64,000 nt of DNA, taken from positions 1-64,000 of the IMG/VR virus record IMGVR_UViG_3300043384_000010, one strand, 5' to 3'. Within the stretch, counting starts at the first letter, position 1, and the number at the start of each line of letters is the position of its first letter. A program made the translations under genes and the position numbers. Source of the DNA: a virus (taxonomy: Duplodnaviria; Caudoviricetes). Under the pieces are notes generated by a model. The model was given only the letters and a program-made list of their open reading frames with translations, searched no databases and was not told where the DNA came from. This document shows, piece by piece, positions 18,558 to 28,766 of the stretch.

Positions 18558-18621
18558 GGCACGATCGGGCCTCGGCGGCCCTCCCTCGTGGGCTTTCACC
18601 ACCGCCCTGAAGGACGGCGCA

Positions 18622-18987
18622 CTAGCCCACATTTTGGTAGTCGTAGGTGTCGGCCCAGGCTGCGGTGTCGCAGTCGCAGTCATCGGTGCAGGGGGCGGTG
18701 GCGCCACCGACGCGGGCGGCGAACCGGTTGCCTGCGTCGGTGCGGTGCGCCTCGTGGGAGTGGCAGACCGGGAACATCGCGGTAGCGGCGTCCCAGAGGG
18801 CGGTGGCGTGGCCTTCCCCGCGGTGGGCGGGGAGGGTCTCGATCTGCCGGACCTCAAGGGTGTGCGTGTCGACGTACAGCTCGGAGATCGTGGCGCCGTT
18901 GGCGTCGAGGATCCGCCAGGAGTGGAGCGGCGTGGTCTCTCCGTGGTAGGGGCGGACCTCGTAGGTGATCGCCACTGTCGTCGTCAT
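18622..18987 (-). CDS. GNAT-like acetyltransferase, leaderless; last codons replaced by IS sequence
   Basis: IETLPAHRGEGHATALWDAA acetyl-CoA motif A. Confidence 0.7.
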   Translation of the reverse strand: MTTTVAITYEVRPYHGETTPLHSWRILDANGATISELYVDTHTLEVRQIETLPAHRGEGHATALWDAATAMFPVCHSHEAHRTDAGNRFAARVGGATAPCTDDCDCDTAAWADTYDYQNVG

Positions 18988-19024
18988 GTAGAAGACTCTA
19001 CACTCATACAGTAGATCTGTCTAC
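18987..19024 (-). promoter_or_regulatory. Two GTAGA-N4-TCTAC palindromes overlapping a leaderless promoter
   Basis: TGTAGAagacTCTACA 18987-19002 and GTAGAtctgTCTAC 19011-19024; -10 TAGAGT. Confidence 0.7.
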
Positions 19025-19030
19025 ATGAAG

Positions 19031-19945
19031 CTACGCGGTCTTGCGGCGGGGGCACCGCTGCCGGACCTTCTCGGCGTGCGTCAGCGCATCGTCCAGCAGA
19101 TACCGGACCGGGCCCGTACCCGCGTGCTGGACGTGGCCTTTCGCGGCCCACTCTCGCACGCTCGACTCTGGGATACGCCTACCCAGGGACGCGGTGACCC
19201 GCTCGATCTCCCGGGATGTCAGCCACATGTCTGCGGCCTGGTCGAGGAGGTCCCGGCGGCGGTCGTCCTGGTCGACTTCCCGGCAGCACGTGTCGCAGCG
19301 GGCGGGACGGGCTCCGACGGCGACCATGTGCCCGGTGCAGTCGGTGGCCCCGCCCAGGTTGCATGGGCCGAGGTAGTGGCGGTCCGCGGGCCGGTCGATG
19401 GCCTTCTCTGCGCCGTCCACGGCCCGCTGCAGCTCGGCGAGGAGGGTCGGGGCGGCAGGGTGGAGTCGGAGGCGCGCGAACCCGTCCAGCAGCCACTCGG
19501 CGGCGGTGGTGGTCTCTACGGCGAGGGGCAGGGCCATGACGCACATCTGCGCCGAGATGAGCTGGTTGGCGGCGGAGACGACGACGGCGTGCAAGCGGGT
19601 GGCGCGGTCGCCGGCCTTGGAGGGGAGCATGATCCGGGCGCCCGCTTTGCCGGTGTTGACCTTCTCGGATTGGGGGGCGAATTTGGCTTGGCGTCCTACT
19701 GCCTCGTCGAGGAGGCGGGGCATGGCGCCCTGCTCCCCGGCTGGGGTGTCCCAGCGGGAGGAGGGCTGGCGGCCCGCACGGTCGGTGAGGTGTGCGCCGT
19801 TGGCGAGGCGCAGGGTGCTGGGGACGGTGGAGACGAGGCGTCGGAGGAGGGCGTGCAGGGTCTGCTCTGCGTCGGGGCAGAGCGGGGTGTCACGGGTGGG
19901 TGCCCCGCAGTGGGGGCACGCGGCGGTGGTGGACTGGTGGGCCAT
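19031..19945 (-). CDS. Zn-ribbon/HTH protein, possible late regulator
   Basis: CPHCG...C, C...C...CDTC and C-terminal HTH (LTSREIERVT...SVREWA). Confidence 0.55.
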   Translation of the reverse strand: MAHQSTTAACPHCGAPTRDTPLCPDAEQTLHALLRRLVSTVPSTLRLANGAHLTDRAGRQPSSRWDTPAGEQGAMPRLLDEAVGRQAKFAPQSEKVNTGKAGARIMLPSKAGDRATRLHAVVVSAANQLISAQMCVMALPLAVETTTAAEWLLDGFARLRLHPAAPTLLAELQRAVDGAEKAIDRPADRHYLGPCNLGGATDCTGHMVAVGARPARCDTCCREVDQDDRRRDLLDQAADMWLTSREIERVTASLGRRIPESSVREWAAKGHVQHAGTGPVRYLLDDALTHAEKVRQRCPRRKTA

Positions 19946-20438
19946 GCTTCCTCCTCCTCGTGGCTAGCGGTTGCGTCGGTTGCGGCGGCGGCGGGCTAGG
20001 ACGCGGCGACGGTAGGCGCAATTGAGTGCCCGTTCCCTGGTGCGGAGTTGGCGGGCGAGGCGCCGGAGGCGACGACAGGTCCTGGGGGTGAGGTTGAAGG
20101 TGACCGTGACCGTCCGGGGCTCCAACCATGCAGCGAGGGTCGTGTACCCGACCTCTGGTGTGATCTCGTCCACGTAGACGGGGGTGAGGTCGGTGACCAG
20201 GCCGAGCGACTTCCACCCGTCGAGGCCGTCGAGGCTGGTGCCGACCGGGGCGGACCACGCCTGGCTCAAAGGACGGACCCCCATACGATCTGGACGAGTC
20301 GCACGAGCCCACCTACCACAAGGGCCGCCACGAGGGTGAAGACGCTCACCAACGCGACGACGCCGAAGATGCTGAATGCGCGGGCTGGGGCGTTCATCGT
20401 CCGCCACGAGGAGACGGGACGGGGTCGATCTCCCTGGT

Positions 20439-21482
20439 TCACGGTTTCAGCTCCATCACTCGGTCGAGGAACGTCCGGTAGACGGGTAGGAGTGCGTCCC
20501 ACGTCCACCTCGTGGCGATGTCCCGGGCGTCCTTGGCCCACTCCTGCACCAGCCCGGGATCGGCGTGGAGACGACGGACGAGGGCCTCTAGGGCGCCCAT
20601 GTCGGTCTGATACAGGTCGATCCTGGTCTTGGCCATGAAGGACCCGGACACAGCCGCTGGGATGAGCCACTCACCTGGGAGCCATGTCGTGTTGGGGTCG
20701 ATCCGGGGCATGATGACGGGCATGCCGGCGGTGACCGCCTCCCTCGCTGGCATGCAAAGCCCACCGAACCTTCGGGGTAGGACCATCACATCCCCCACCC
20801 TGTACAGGTCGGCAGGCTCCGGCATATCCGCCACGAGAGTGACGTCCGATCCGCGGAGCGCCCGGGTGATGTCCTCAGTGGGCGACTGGCAGGTGACGAC
20901 CCATTCGGCGTCCAGGTCGCGGCACCGGCCGGCGAGGTAGATGAAGTCGAGGCTGCCGTTCCGGTCGTAGGCGGCCGGGCGCCCGCCGATGTGCAGGAAC
21001 GTCCGCGCCTCGGTCACCTGCCGTTGCAGGATCCCGGTCGGGTCCACGGGGACCGGCAACTCCCAGACGATCGGGAATGGCCCCTGGCCCATCCGGTGCA
21101 CGTTCCACGGGGATGGGGCCGCGAACACTGTCGGCCGACTCAGCCACGGGTCCCTGAAGTAGTCGAGGAACTCGAAATTGTGCTGAAGGATCGAGCGGAT
21201 CCCCCGCTTGCGTGCCTGGTCGAACAGGGCGTAATTCGCTGGCGTCTCACACGCGAGGACCACGTCCAGGCCGTCCAAGAACGCGGCGATGTCCTGCATC
21301 GTCGGGGCGTCACGGACGACCTGCGCGCCCGGGAACCACTCCGGGTGCAGGGGGAGGCGCTTCCGGTGAGACAGGTCGATCAGGAGCGTTTTCGCCGGGC
21401 GCAGGTGGTCGTGTATCGCCTTGGTCTGGTATCCGAGACCGGTTGCGGTGCCGTAGGCGACGAGGCCGAGACGGGGGCTCAC
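20439..21482 (-). CDS. GT-B (GT4-like) glycosyltransferase
   Basis: DLYRVGDVMVLPRRFGGLCMPAREAVTAGMPVI. Confidence 0.85.
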   Translation of the reverse strand: MSPRLGLVAYGTATGLGYQTKAIHDHLRPAKTLLIDLSHRKRLPLHPEWFPGAQVVRDAPTMQDIAAFLDGLDVVLACETPANYALFDQARKRGIRSILQHNFEFLDYFRDPWLSRPTVFAAPSPWNVHRMGQGPFPIVWELPVPVDPTGILQRQVTEARTFLHIGGRPAAYDRNGSLDFIYLAGRCRDLDAEWVVTCQSPTEDITRALRGSDVTLVADMPEPADLYRVGDVMVLPRRFGGLCMPAREAVTAGMPVIMPRIDPNTTWLPGEWLIPAAVSGSFMAKTRIDLYQTDMGALEALVRRLHADPGLVQEWAKDARDIATRWTWDALLPVYRTFLDRVMELKP

Positions 21483-21678
21483 CTGGCGCCACCCTGGCGG
21501 ACCAGCCCCGAATCTGACGCGAGGTCAAGGCGCGGCCTGCATATCGGGTGGCCGCCGCACTCGGGTGGGCAGTTGCGTGAGCAGGCGGACTCGGTCCCCC
21601 ACGTCGTGCACACCGCCAGGTAATCCGCAGAGACAGGTTCGTTCCCGGCCCGGGTGATGCACGGATGCGGTTCACCGC

Positions 21679-23346
21679 TCACCGGTCTACCCACTTGCTG
21701 TCGTCTCCGCGCCCGTCGAGGTGCCAGGAGTACTTGATCCCGTGCTCCCCGTTGGGCTCCGTCAGGATCCACAGGTGATGGGCGCCCGGATCCGACTGCG
21801 CGACCGAATGCATCCGGTCCTCAAGCATCCACTTCTCGTCAGAGCCGAAGTGGTCGCGGAGAATGTCCCGGTAGTAGGCGGTCCGGGCGACGTGAGGTCG
21901 CTGCGACCACTGCCGGGTCGGCCTCATCCGGGCTCCCGCGACGTCCTCGTCTGGGCCGTCCATCAGGTATTCGTGGACGGGCAGGACACTGGCCTCATGG
22001 TGGAGACGGACAACGTCGGCCCGGTCCCCGCGGACGGCATGGGTGATGGCGGCCCACGAGATGTCGCCGAGGATCGGGCAGTCATGCTCGGCGAACATGA
22101 TGGTGGGGGTGGTGACCATGTTGAGGGCGTGGCGGGTCATCCCCGACTGGTGCCGGTGTTCCGGGTGGATGACGGGGAGGACGTTGGACCACTTCTCCCG
22201 GCAGAGCCGTACCAGCTCGTACAGGTACTCCTCGTACCGCTGCCGGTAGTGCTCCTGGGCGGGCCGTACCCCGTCGCACATGACCAGGATCTCCGCCCGC
22301 GGCAACTGAGCCCGGACCGAGTCGATCGTCTCCTCGATCACCGCAGTGGACGGGTGGGAGGGGATCGGGGAGGTTGGCATCAGGACGGTGATCTGGTCGT
22401 CCACGGACGGAGCAGGGGTGGGCGCACCGAGGTCCCGCAGATCCGCCACCAGGCGACGGGCCATGTCCCGCTGGTAGCGCATCCACCATGCTGCGGCGCG
22501 GGACGCCGGGGCTGGCCAGTCCGCGGTGATGTGGTCGACGTACGCCGCGAGCTCATCCCATCCGGAGACGACGGGGAACGCGGCGTCACTGCCGGGGAAC
22601 GTGGCGTCGCTTCCGATGACCTCCACCCAGTAAGCGACCCCGAGCCCCCCGCCTGGGGTGCGACCGTCGAGGACCGGGACGGCCCCCAACTCCATCGCCT
22701 CCCACGCCCGGAAGGAGTCGACACAGACCGGACCGGACGGGGCAGGGCACACCCGCGCCGATGCCATCAACGCCATGTACTCGGCGGGTTCGACTCCCTG
22801 CGTGAAGCCAGCAGTCCGGGTCAGGTGCCCTGGCCTGCCAGTGTCGAGGATCGCCTGGACGGCGTCCGCGCACTCGTGTCGGCGTGCGTGGGTGTCCTGG
22901 GCGAGGAGGACGACGTCCCTGGTCCGCTCACCCCACGGGGTGTCGTAGGCGAGGGTCGCGGGACCGTTGGCGAGGTACCGGGTGCCGGGCGGGTAGGTGC
23001 GGGTGGCGTCGGGGGTCTGCACCCATAGGCGCATGTTCGGGTGCTCGACGTGCCCGTACGGGTAGGAGTGCTCCTCGTCGCCGTTGAGGATGAGGAGCAG
23101 CCACGGGAGGGACGCGGTCGCCTCGTTGATGCGGCGCAGGTCATCCAAGGACGTGTGGTGCCTCGCGGGGAGCACCACCACCGCGCCCTCGGCGTCGGGG
23201 ACATCCGCGAGGGCGTCGTGGTGGACGAAGTCCGGCCAGCAGGGGGCGCGGTACCGACCGGCAAGCAGCCGCTCAATGATCGCCTGATCCCACACTCCCC
23301 GGTTGCACCCCTCCATGAGGGGCTCCCACACGACATGCACGCTCAC
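21679..23346 (-). CDS. Two-domain glycosyltransferase (exostosin/GT47-like + GT2-like)
   Basis: YMALMASARVCPAPSG...SFRAWEAMELGAVPV; ITVLMPTSP...MFAEHD. Confidence 0.75.
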   Translation of the reverse strand: MSVHVVWEPLMEGCNRGVWDQAIIERLLAGRYRAPCWPDFVHHDALADVPDAEGAVVVLPARHHTSLDDLRRINEATASLPWLLLILNGDEEHSYPYGHVEHPNMRLWVQTPDATRTYPPGTRYLANGPATLAYDTPWGERTRDVVLLAQDTHARRHECADAVQAILDTGRPGHLTRTAGFTQGVEPAEYMALMASARVCPAPSGPVCVDSFRAWEAMELGAVPVLDGRTPGGGLGVAYWVEVIGSDATFPGSDAAFPVVSGWDELAAYVDHITADWPAPASRAAAWWMRYQRDMARRLVADLRDLGAPTPAPSVDDQITVLMPTSPIPSHPSTAVIEETIDSVRAQLPRAEILVMCDGVRPAQEHYRQRYEEYLYELVRLCREKWSNVLPVIHPEHRHQSGMTRHALNMVTTPTIMFAEHDCPILGDISWAAITHAVRGDRADVVRLHHEASVLPVHEYLMDGPDEDVAGARMRPTRQWSQRPHVARTAYYRDILRDHFGSDEKWMLEDRMHSVAQSDPGAHHLWILTEPNGEHGIKYSWHLDGRGDDSKWVDR

Positions 23347-23589
23347 GCCGCGGCCTCCTTGGTTGCGGCAGGGTTGAAGGGATCCTCGGGGGTCATTCGG
23401 GCACCACCCAAGTAAGCCGCTCCCGGACTCTGGCCGCCTTCAGAAACGCATCCTCCGCATCCCAGGGGCCACACACAGTCGCGACTAGGCCACGCCGCCC
23501 GCGCCATCTGACGCGCCACAGACGGTGGCCGCGGATGCACCTACCCCAGGATGTGACACCGAAGCCCTCCTGGTCATCGAAGACCGCAG

Positions 23590-24360
23590 TCACGCGACGC
23601 CTCCGGGCGGGTCGAAATACCAGTGTTCCTCATGGTCTGTCGCCAAGTGGAACCCCGCATACCCCAGGTCGCCCATGAGGGCGTGCACGTCGGCTGGGGT
23701 GGCCCCGTAGTCGCGGGCCATCAGGTCCGGGTGGATCGACACCCACACATTGGGCCGGTCCTCCTCCAGGGTCCGGGCCGCTCCCTGGAGGACGAGGAGT
23801 TCCGCGCCTTCGACGTCGATGGTGATCGCGTCGGGGGCGCCAGCGAATGCGGCGAGGGCGTCGAGGGTGGTGGCTGGGACGTCGGCGGGGTTGTCGTGGA
23901 GGTACGTGTATGCCGTCTTCCCGATCATGGGGCCGTCGGTTGCGTCCGGCCATCCGTTCGAGGTGAGATGCCTGGCCGGGATGCGACCCGTCGCGGCACC
24001 GACGAGGCCGTGGAAGGTGGTGGACGGGAGCGCTAAGCCGTTCCGTTCCCACGTGGCCTTGATGCTCGGCCACATGGGAGTGCTCGGCTCGATGAGGACC
24101 ATGCTCTCGGCGCCGACCATGGATGCGTAGACGACGCTGAGCCACGCGAACTCGGTACCCACGTCGTACAGGCAGTCCCCGGGTTTCAGGACGGACGCCA
24201 TGTGCTCGGTCCTGGGGCGCTCCCAGTAGTCCCAGACATCCCAGTCTGCGAGGGGCCGTGGCAGTTGCAGGTGATACCGCCACTCGTGCGATTCGAACGG
24301 GCCAGCATCCGACGTCTTGATGTAGCCGACGTTCTTCCACTCCGTACTCAAGGCGCGCAC
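23590..24360 (-). CDS. FkbM-family SAM methyltransferase
   Basis: CLYDVGTEF, LIEPS, AITIDVEGAELLVLQGA. Confidence 0.85.
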   Translation of the reverse strand: MRALSTEWKNVGYIKTSDAGPFESHEWRYHLQLPRPLADWDVWDYWERPRTEHMASVLKPGDCLYDVGTEFAWLSVVYASMVGAESMVLIEPSTPMWPSIKATWERNGLALPSTTFHGLVGAATGRIPARHLTSNGWPDATDGPMIGKTAYTYLHDNPADVPATTLDALAAFAGAPDAITIDVEGAELLVLQGAARTLEEDRPNVWVSIHPDLMARDYGATPADVHALMGDLGYAGFHLATDHEEHWYFDPPGGVA

Positions 24361-25040
24361 CTTCCGCCGTTGGCTGCTGTCGGCCAGTACCAGATCGGGT
24401 TGTCCGGGTTGTTGAACGGCCTGCCATAGGCGGGCACGTCGCTCGCGCCAGGGTGGCGGCCCCACTTCCGGCGGAAGTAGTCGATCAGGTTGTTCGTCTC
24501 GGTCCGCACCCCGGCCAGGTGGATGCCGTGGGCCATCCCCGCATCCCGAACATCACACGGCACCTTCACCCAGAAGGGACGCCCATCCGCGGGGATCGAC
24601 ATGGCCCGTTGGATCCGCAACGACATGTCCAGGTCGCAGAACCCGTACGGGGTGAAGTTCTCATCCCACCTGCCCGCGGCGTCGATGGTGCGCCTGTGGA
24701 AGGCGATCAGATGCCACCCGTACACTCCCTGCCCACGCGAATCCGGGGTCCAGCATGGGCCCTCCAAGACGTCATGACCCGGGTTCGCGTCGAGATGTGC
24801 GATGAAGTCAAGGCCTCCCGGGGCGCCGAACCGGATCGCCGCGGACATGACAACCAGCCAATCCGCGCCCGTCTCCCGCATCCGGTCGACACCCAGGTTG
24901 TGCGCAGCCATGATCCCGATGTTGTGCTCGGTGTTGTCCACCCACAGCACGTTCGGCAAGAACGCGGGGTGCATCGTCGCCCGGCACTCCTCCATCCACG
25001 GGCGGTGAATGAACGGGACGACACCTACCCACGACGTCAC
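24348..25040 (-). CDS. GT2-like glycosyltransferase
   Basis: NIGIMAAHNLG, GRWDENFTPYGFCDLD. Confidence 0.7.
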   Translation of the reverse strand: MTSWVGVVPFIHRPWMEECRATMHPAFLPNVLWVDNTEHNIGIMAAHNLGVDRMRETGADWLVVMSAAIRFGAPGGLDFIAHLDANPGHDVLEGPCWTPDSRGQGVYGWHLIAFHRRTIDAAGRWDENFTPYGFCDLDMSLRIQRAMSIPADGRPFWVKVPCDVRDAGMAHGIHLAGVRTETNNLIDYFRRKWGRHPGASDVPAYGRPFNNPDNPIWYWPTAANGGRCAP

Positions 25041-25993
25041 AGGGCGCCCTCCACGCGGAGCAGGTCGAGCATCGCAGTCAACCGGTGCGTGTACGTGTGG
25101 TGCGCCTTGACATGCTCGTGGCCTGCGCGGCGGATGCGCTCCCGCTCGGCGTCGTGGGCCAAGTAGTGGTCGATCCGATCCCGCAGCCCGGACCAGTCGT
25201 TGAAGTCGTAGAAGGCCGTGTTGACACCCTCCACGTATCCGTCGTCAAGGCCGGCGATCCTCGGATGGACCATGAACCCGCCACGGCCCGGGGTCTCGAA
25301 TCGGCGATCCGAGCAATACCCCTCCCAGTCGAAGCCGACGACCAGGGAATCCCCCACCACGACCTTCGCCGATGCGTACAGGCGGTTCAACGCGTAACCG
25401 CGGATCGCCTGACCGCGGCCCCCGTAGTGGCTGAACCGTTGCCCGTAGGTGGAGGCCAGCCACCGGAGCAACTCACCCCGGTACCCCCATTCGCTGTGAT
25501 ACCCAGGCCCTGACCCAACGAAGATGACGTCCCGCTTCGGGCAGACGCCCTCCGCCACGTAGCACTCATCCGCGACGACGCCGGGGAGGATGTGCCGGTG
25601 GTTGATGCCGCGCCGCTGGAACTCTGCGGCTGAGCGGGGATTACCGTCCGGCGTGAACACGAAGTCGGTCCGCCAGAACGGGTCCGTGTCGATCCCGCCG
25701 TTCCGCTGCAACGGGACATACAGATCCAAGTGGTAGCTGACGGACGGGATGCCCCGGGACCGCAGCCAAGACAGGTGATCCTCGGTGACCGTGTGGCCCC
25801 ACGTCCTCGTGAAAAGGAACATGTCGGGGCGGTCCATCCGCTGCAACGCCTGCGTCAACCCGTCTGGGGAGAGGTCATCCTCCTGCAACCGGGTGACGGT
25901 GTGGCCCATCTGCGTCAGAGTCCGGGCGAGATGGGTTTCAGTGCTGTGCGACGGCTTGAAATTGCCACAGTAGGCGACACGGAGCCCGCTCAT
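25037..25993 (-). CDS. CgeB-like (Glyco_trans_1_2) glycosyltransferase
   Basis: LNRLYASAKVVVGD...SDRRFETPGRGGFM...GHEHVKAHHTYTHR. Confidence 0.85.
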   Translation of the reverse strand: MSGLRVAYCGNFKPSHSTETHLARTLTQMGHTVTRLQEDDLSPDGLTQALQRMDRPDMFLFTRTWGHTVTEDHLSWLRSRGIPSVSYHLDLYVPLQRNGGIDTDPFWRTDFVFTPDGNPRSAAEFQRRGINHRHILPGVVADECYVAEGVCPKRDVIFVGSGPGYHSEWGYRGELLRWLASTYGQRFSHYGGRGQAIRGYALNRLYASAKVVVGDSLVVGFDWEGYCSDRRFETPGRGGFMVHPRIAGLDDGYVEGVNTAFYDFNDWSGLRDRIDHYLAHDAERERIRRAGHEHVKAHHTYTHRLTAMLDLLRVEGAL

Positions 25994-26392
25994 GCGAAGC
26001 CTCCGACGAGGTGCGGGGAGAATCCGCGCGGCTGGTTGAAGCCCCGGCAAGTCCCGTGGTGGCGGCACCTCCCGCCGTTCGGGTGGTCGATCCGCTTGCA
26101 GTCGCACGTCTTGCACGTGGACGGTGGCGGAGGGGGGATCTGACCGGACGCCGGGCATCGGTTGTCCCGATCACCGCCTACCCACCCGTGGACACGGAAC
26201 TTGCCGGCCTTGGTGAGCGCGACGTGGGTACCGCACTCCGGGCAACGTGACTGCCCGTGGATGTGCACGCCCGTCATGGCGCGACCAAGGTAGTTATGGG
26301 GAGTGGCGGCACATGTCAAGACTAGCAGGTGGTGGCGGGCTATGCCGGGACCGTACCGGGCCGATCCGCTACGCCGAACGGCTCACCTCGGC

Positions 26393-26977
26393 CTATCCAG
26401 TGCTGGACCTGGCCCACTCCGCCCACATGGGCTCCGCCTCCACCAGCCCGACACCCGACCCGGTAGCGGCGAACGCTCCGTCATCCAGGCGAGTCGCCAG
26501 CCCCACAGAGATCAGGTATGCGAGGGTCATCCGGTCAACGTTCCCGGTCAGAGGCGGGAGGAGGTCACACCTCTTGAACTTCCCCGGATCAGGATCAGGC
26601 TTCGGAATCTCGCGGACCTTCCCGTCATAGATGCTGACGAGGGCTACCCACCGGAGACCGGTCATTCGGGGGCCAGGCAGGCGGCGTCGACGGGTGCCGG
26701 ACGCATACCACGCCTCGACATCCCCCCACCTGTAGATGGCCTCATGTGAGGGCGGGGTGCGTCGTACCGGCCGCGGGAAACGCTCCGTGTATGTGAGCAT
26801 GCGTTTCGAGGGCCAGTGGCTGACGGTGACTTCTGCGTAGCCGAGCCGCGCCGCAATGGCTGCGATCGCGACTTCGTCGCTGTCGGCCCATTCAGGGTGT
26901 TGGGACCGTAGCCAGGACGCCAACGCGTCCTGGCGCATCAGCATCCCGTCCACGGTCTCCCCTCCATCACTGCTCAC
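26393..26977 (-). CDS. HTH-containing hypothetical protein, leaderless
   Basis: IAAIAARLGYAEVTVSHW; TAGAAT 7 nt before GTG 26977. Confidence 0.55.
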   Translation of the reverse strand: MSSDGGETVDGMLMRQDALASWLRSQHPEWADSDEVAIAAIAARLGYAEVTVSHWPSKRMLTYTERFPRPVRRTPPSHEAIYRWGDVEAWYASGTRRRRLPGPRMTGLRWVALVSIYDGKVREIPKPDPDPGKFKRCDLLPPLTGNVDRMTLAYLISVGLATRLDDGAFAATGSGVGLVEAEPMWAEWARSSTG

Positions 26978-27011
26978 GTCGTGCATTCTACACTCTGGAC
27001 GCTTTCCGGGT

Positions 27012-27494
27012 CTACCGCAGTGCGCCGATGACCAGCGGGGACACGTCGACCCACGCCAGCCACACCGCCGCAGTCGCGAGCACAGGCGTAGCCGCCTGTT
27101 CGATCCGGCCACCCGTCTTCAACCCGAGACCAGCCCGACGCCACCCCCCGCGTTTCGGCCACACCGGGATCTCACCGAACACGGCGTCAGCCAGCACGTG
27201 CGACGCCCACGCCGCTGCGACCGCGAGCACCGCCCACCCGTATATCCCGGCATGGGTTGACCCCCACCAGATCAGGATCGGTAGCGGCCACCAATGGGTG
27301 ATGGCCCGATGCCCGCCCGGGATGAGTTTCGCGGACGCGCCCCGCTGGTCCGCGTCCGGGCTGAGCTTGCCGTCCCCGCACGCACCCGCGACCACCACGC
27401 CGGCAGCCAGTTGACGCCAGTCGTGGACGCCCAAGAGGGGGGCTGTGCCGAGCCATGCGGCGCAAGCGGCGGCACGATGCCCACCACCCATCAT
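27012..27494 (-). CDS. YdjM/DUF457-like membrane metal-dependent hydrolase
   Basis: GGGH...SPDAD...GHRAITH...SHVLAD with hydrophobic segments. Confidence 0.8.
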   Translation of the reverse strand: MMGGGHRAAACAAWLGTAPLLGVHDWRQLAAGVVVAGACGDGKLSPDADQRGASAKLIPGGHRAITHWWPLPILIWWGSTHAGIYGWAVLAVAAAWASHVLADAVFGEIPVWPKRGGWRRAGLGLKTGGRIEQAATPVLATAAVWLAWVDVSPLVIGALR

Positions 27495-28531
27495 GAGACA
27501 GCCCCGGTGGGGTACTCGTCCCACGTCATGCCGTCCAATAGGCGACCATTCGCCTTCGGAGTCCGGCCGCCCCACTGCTTGAACAGGAACGGGACACCAG
27601 CGTCAACGCACTGATCCCGGACCGTCCTCGCCCACCCTGGGTTCATCGGTCGGGCGCCGGGGCCGGACTCTCCGCCCGTCACAATCCACGAGAGTGGTTG
27701 ACCGTTCGGGCGCCCGTTCCCCGCATGGCTGCCCGACCAGTAGCCAGTCCTGTTGCAGGACGGGCACACCTCACGGTGGGGGCCTGAGAAGTAGTGCAGA
27801 CACCCTGAGCATTGCCATGAGGCGTGGCCGGGAGGCATCCACGCCGCGAAGTCGATCGGCCCGAGCATCGGTTCCGCACTCACCCACCTGACGGCGGCAG
27901 GGGTCAGGAGTAGCTCGGGGATGCGGCGGTCCGCCCAGTCCTGGCTCTCTGCGCTGACGCCGACCCACACGTTCGGAAGCGGCCACGGGACCAGACGCGC
28001 GAGCGGCGTCCCCGGGTTGGGTGGGTAACTGACGTACGCCTGAGCGGCCCGCCGCTGTGCTGGCCCAGCGACGTCCGGGTCCTCACCCATGGCGGTCAGA
28101 TACGTGAGGTCGAGGACGCGGATCAAGAACGTCGGGTCCGACAGGAGTGCCCGCATCCGGGGCGCCCGTTTGGTCAACACCTGGAACGTCAGGTGCGGCG
28201 CCAGCGCCATGACCGAGAACACGCGGGCGATGAACTCGTCGGACACATCGGAGTGGAACAGGTCCGCGAGGCTGCACACGAATATCCTCCGCGGCTTCCG
28301 CCAACGGAAGGGCTGGCTGAGCCGCTCTGGGTGCAGTTGAACCCCCGTGCTCGCCCCGACCATGTCCGAGGCGCCGTTGACGGGGTCGGGGTGCTGGAAT
28401 CGTCGGTGTGCCATCCGGAACGGCGGGGTCCGCTCGATGTAGCAGTTCAGGCACCCGTCGCTGATCTTGGTGCAGCCGGCGACCGGAGACCATGTTGCGT
28501 CCGTCCACTCGATACTGCTGCCGTCACTCAC
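27491..28531 (-). CDS. Phage Gp37/Gp68 (DUF5131) radical-SAM-like protein
   Basis: SIEWTDATWSPVAGCTKISDGCLNCY, IFVCSLADLF, FQVLTKR, GGESGPGARP, FLFKQWG. Confidence 0.92.
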   Translation of the reverse strand: MSDGSSIEWTDATWSPVAGCTKISDGCLNCYIERTPPFRMAHRRFQHPDPVNGASDMVGASTGVQLHPERLSQPFRWRKPRRIFVCSLADLFHSDVSDEFIARVFSVMALAPHLTFQVLTKRAPRMRALLSDPTFLIRVLDLTYLTAMGEDPDVAGPAQRRAAQAYVSYPPNPGTPLARLVPWPLPNVWVGVSAESQDWADRRIPELLLTPAAVRWVSAEPMLGPIDFAAWMPPGHASWQCSGCLHYFSGPHREVCPSCNRTGYWSGSHAGNGRPNGQPLSWIVTGGESGPGARPMNPGWARTVRDQCVDAGVPFLFKQWGGRTPKANGRLLDGMTWDEYPTGAVS

Positions 28532-28766
28532 GAGGCGTCTTCTCCTCTCGGGGTGGGGACCGACACGACGGTCTCCCCGGACAGTCCAGACGGGTTCAGG
28601 CGGGCCAGCTCCACCCACCCGGCGAGAGCGGCAGCCACATCAGCTACAGACGCGCCAGACGTCCACACGCGACCATCCACGACCCTGACCACGGGGGCCG
28701 GGTCGGTGAGGGCACGCCCGGCAGGGTGCGTACCGTACCGGCGGTGGCGCGGGAACCGGATCACTT

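Larger units (their letters stand above)
16884..18636 (-). mobile_element. Complete IS200/IS605 element (divergent tnpA and tnpB), inserted 3' of CTAC
   Basis: Right end ...GACGTCAA at 16884; left-end hairpin; removing it restores the GNAT gene end (DTYDY|DED-stop) and the RBS of the next gene. Confidence 0.92.
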
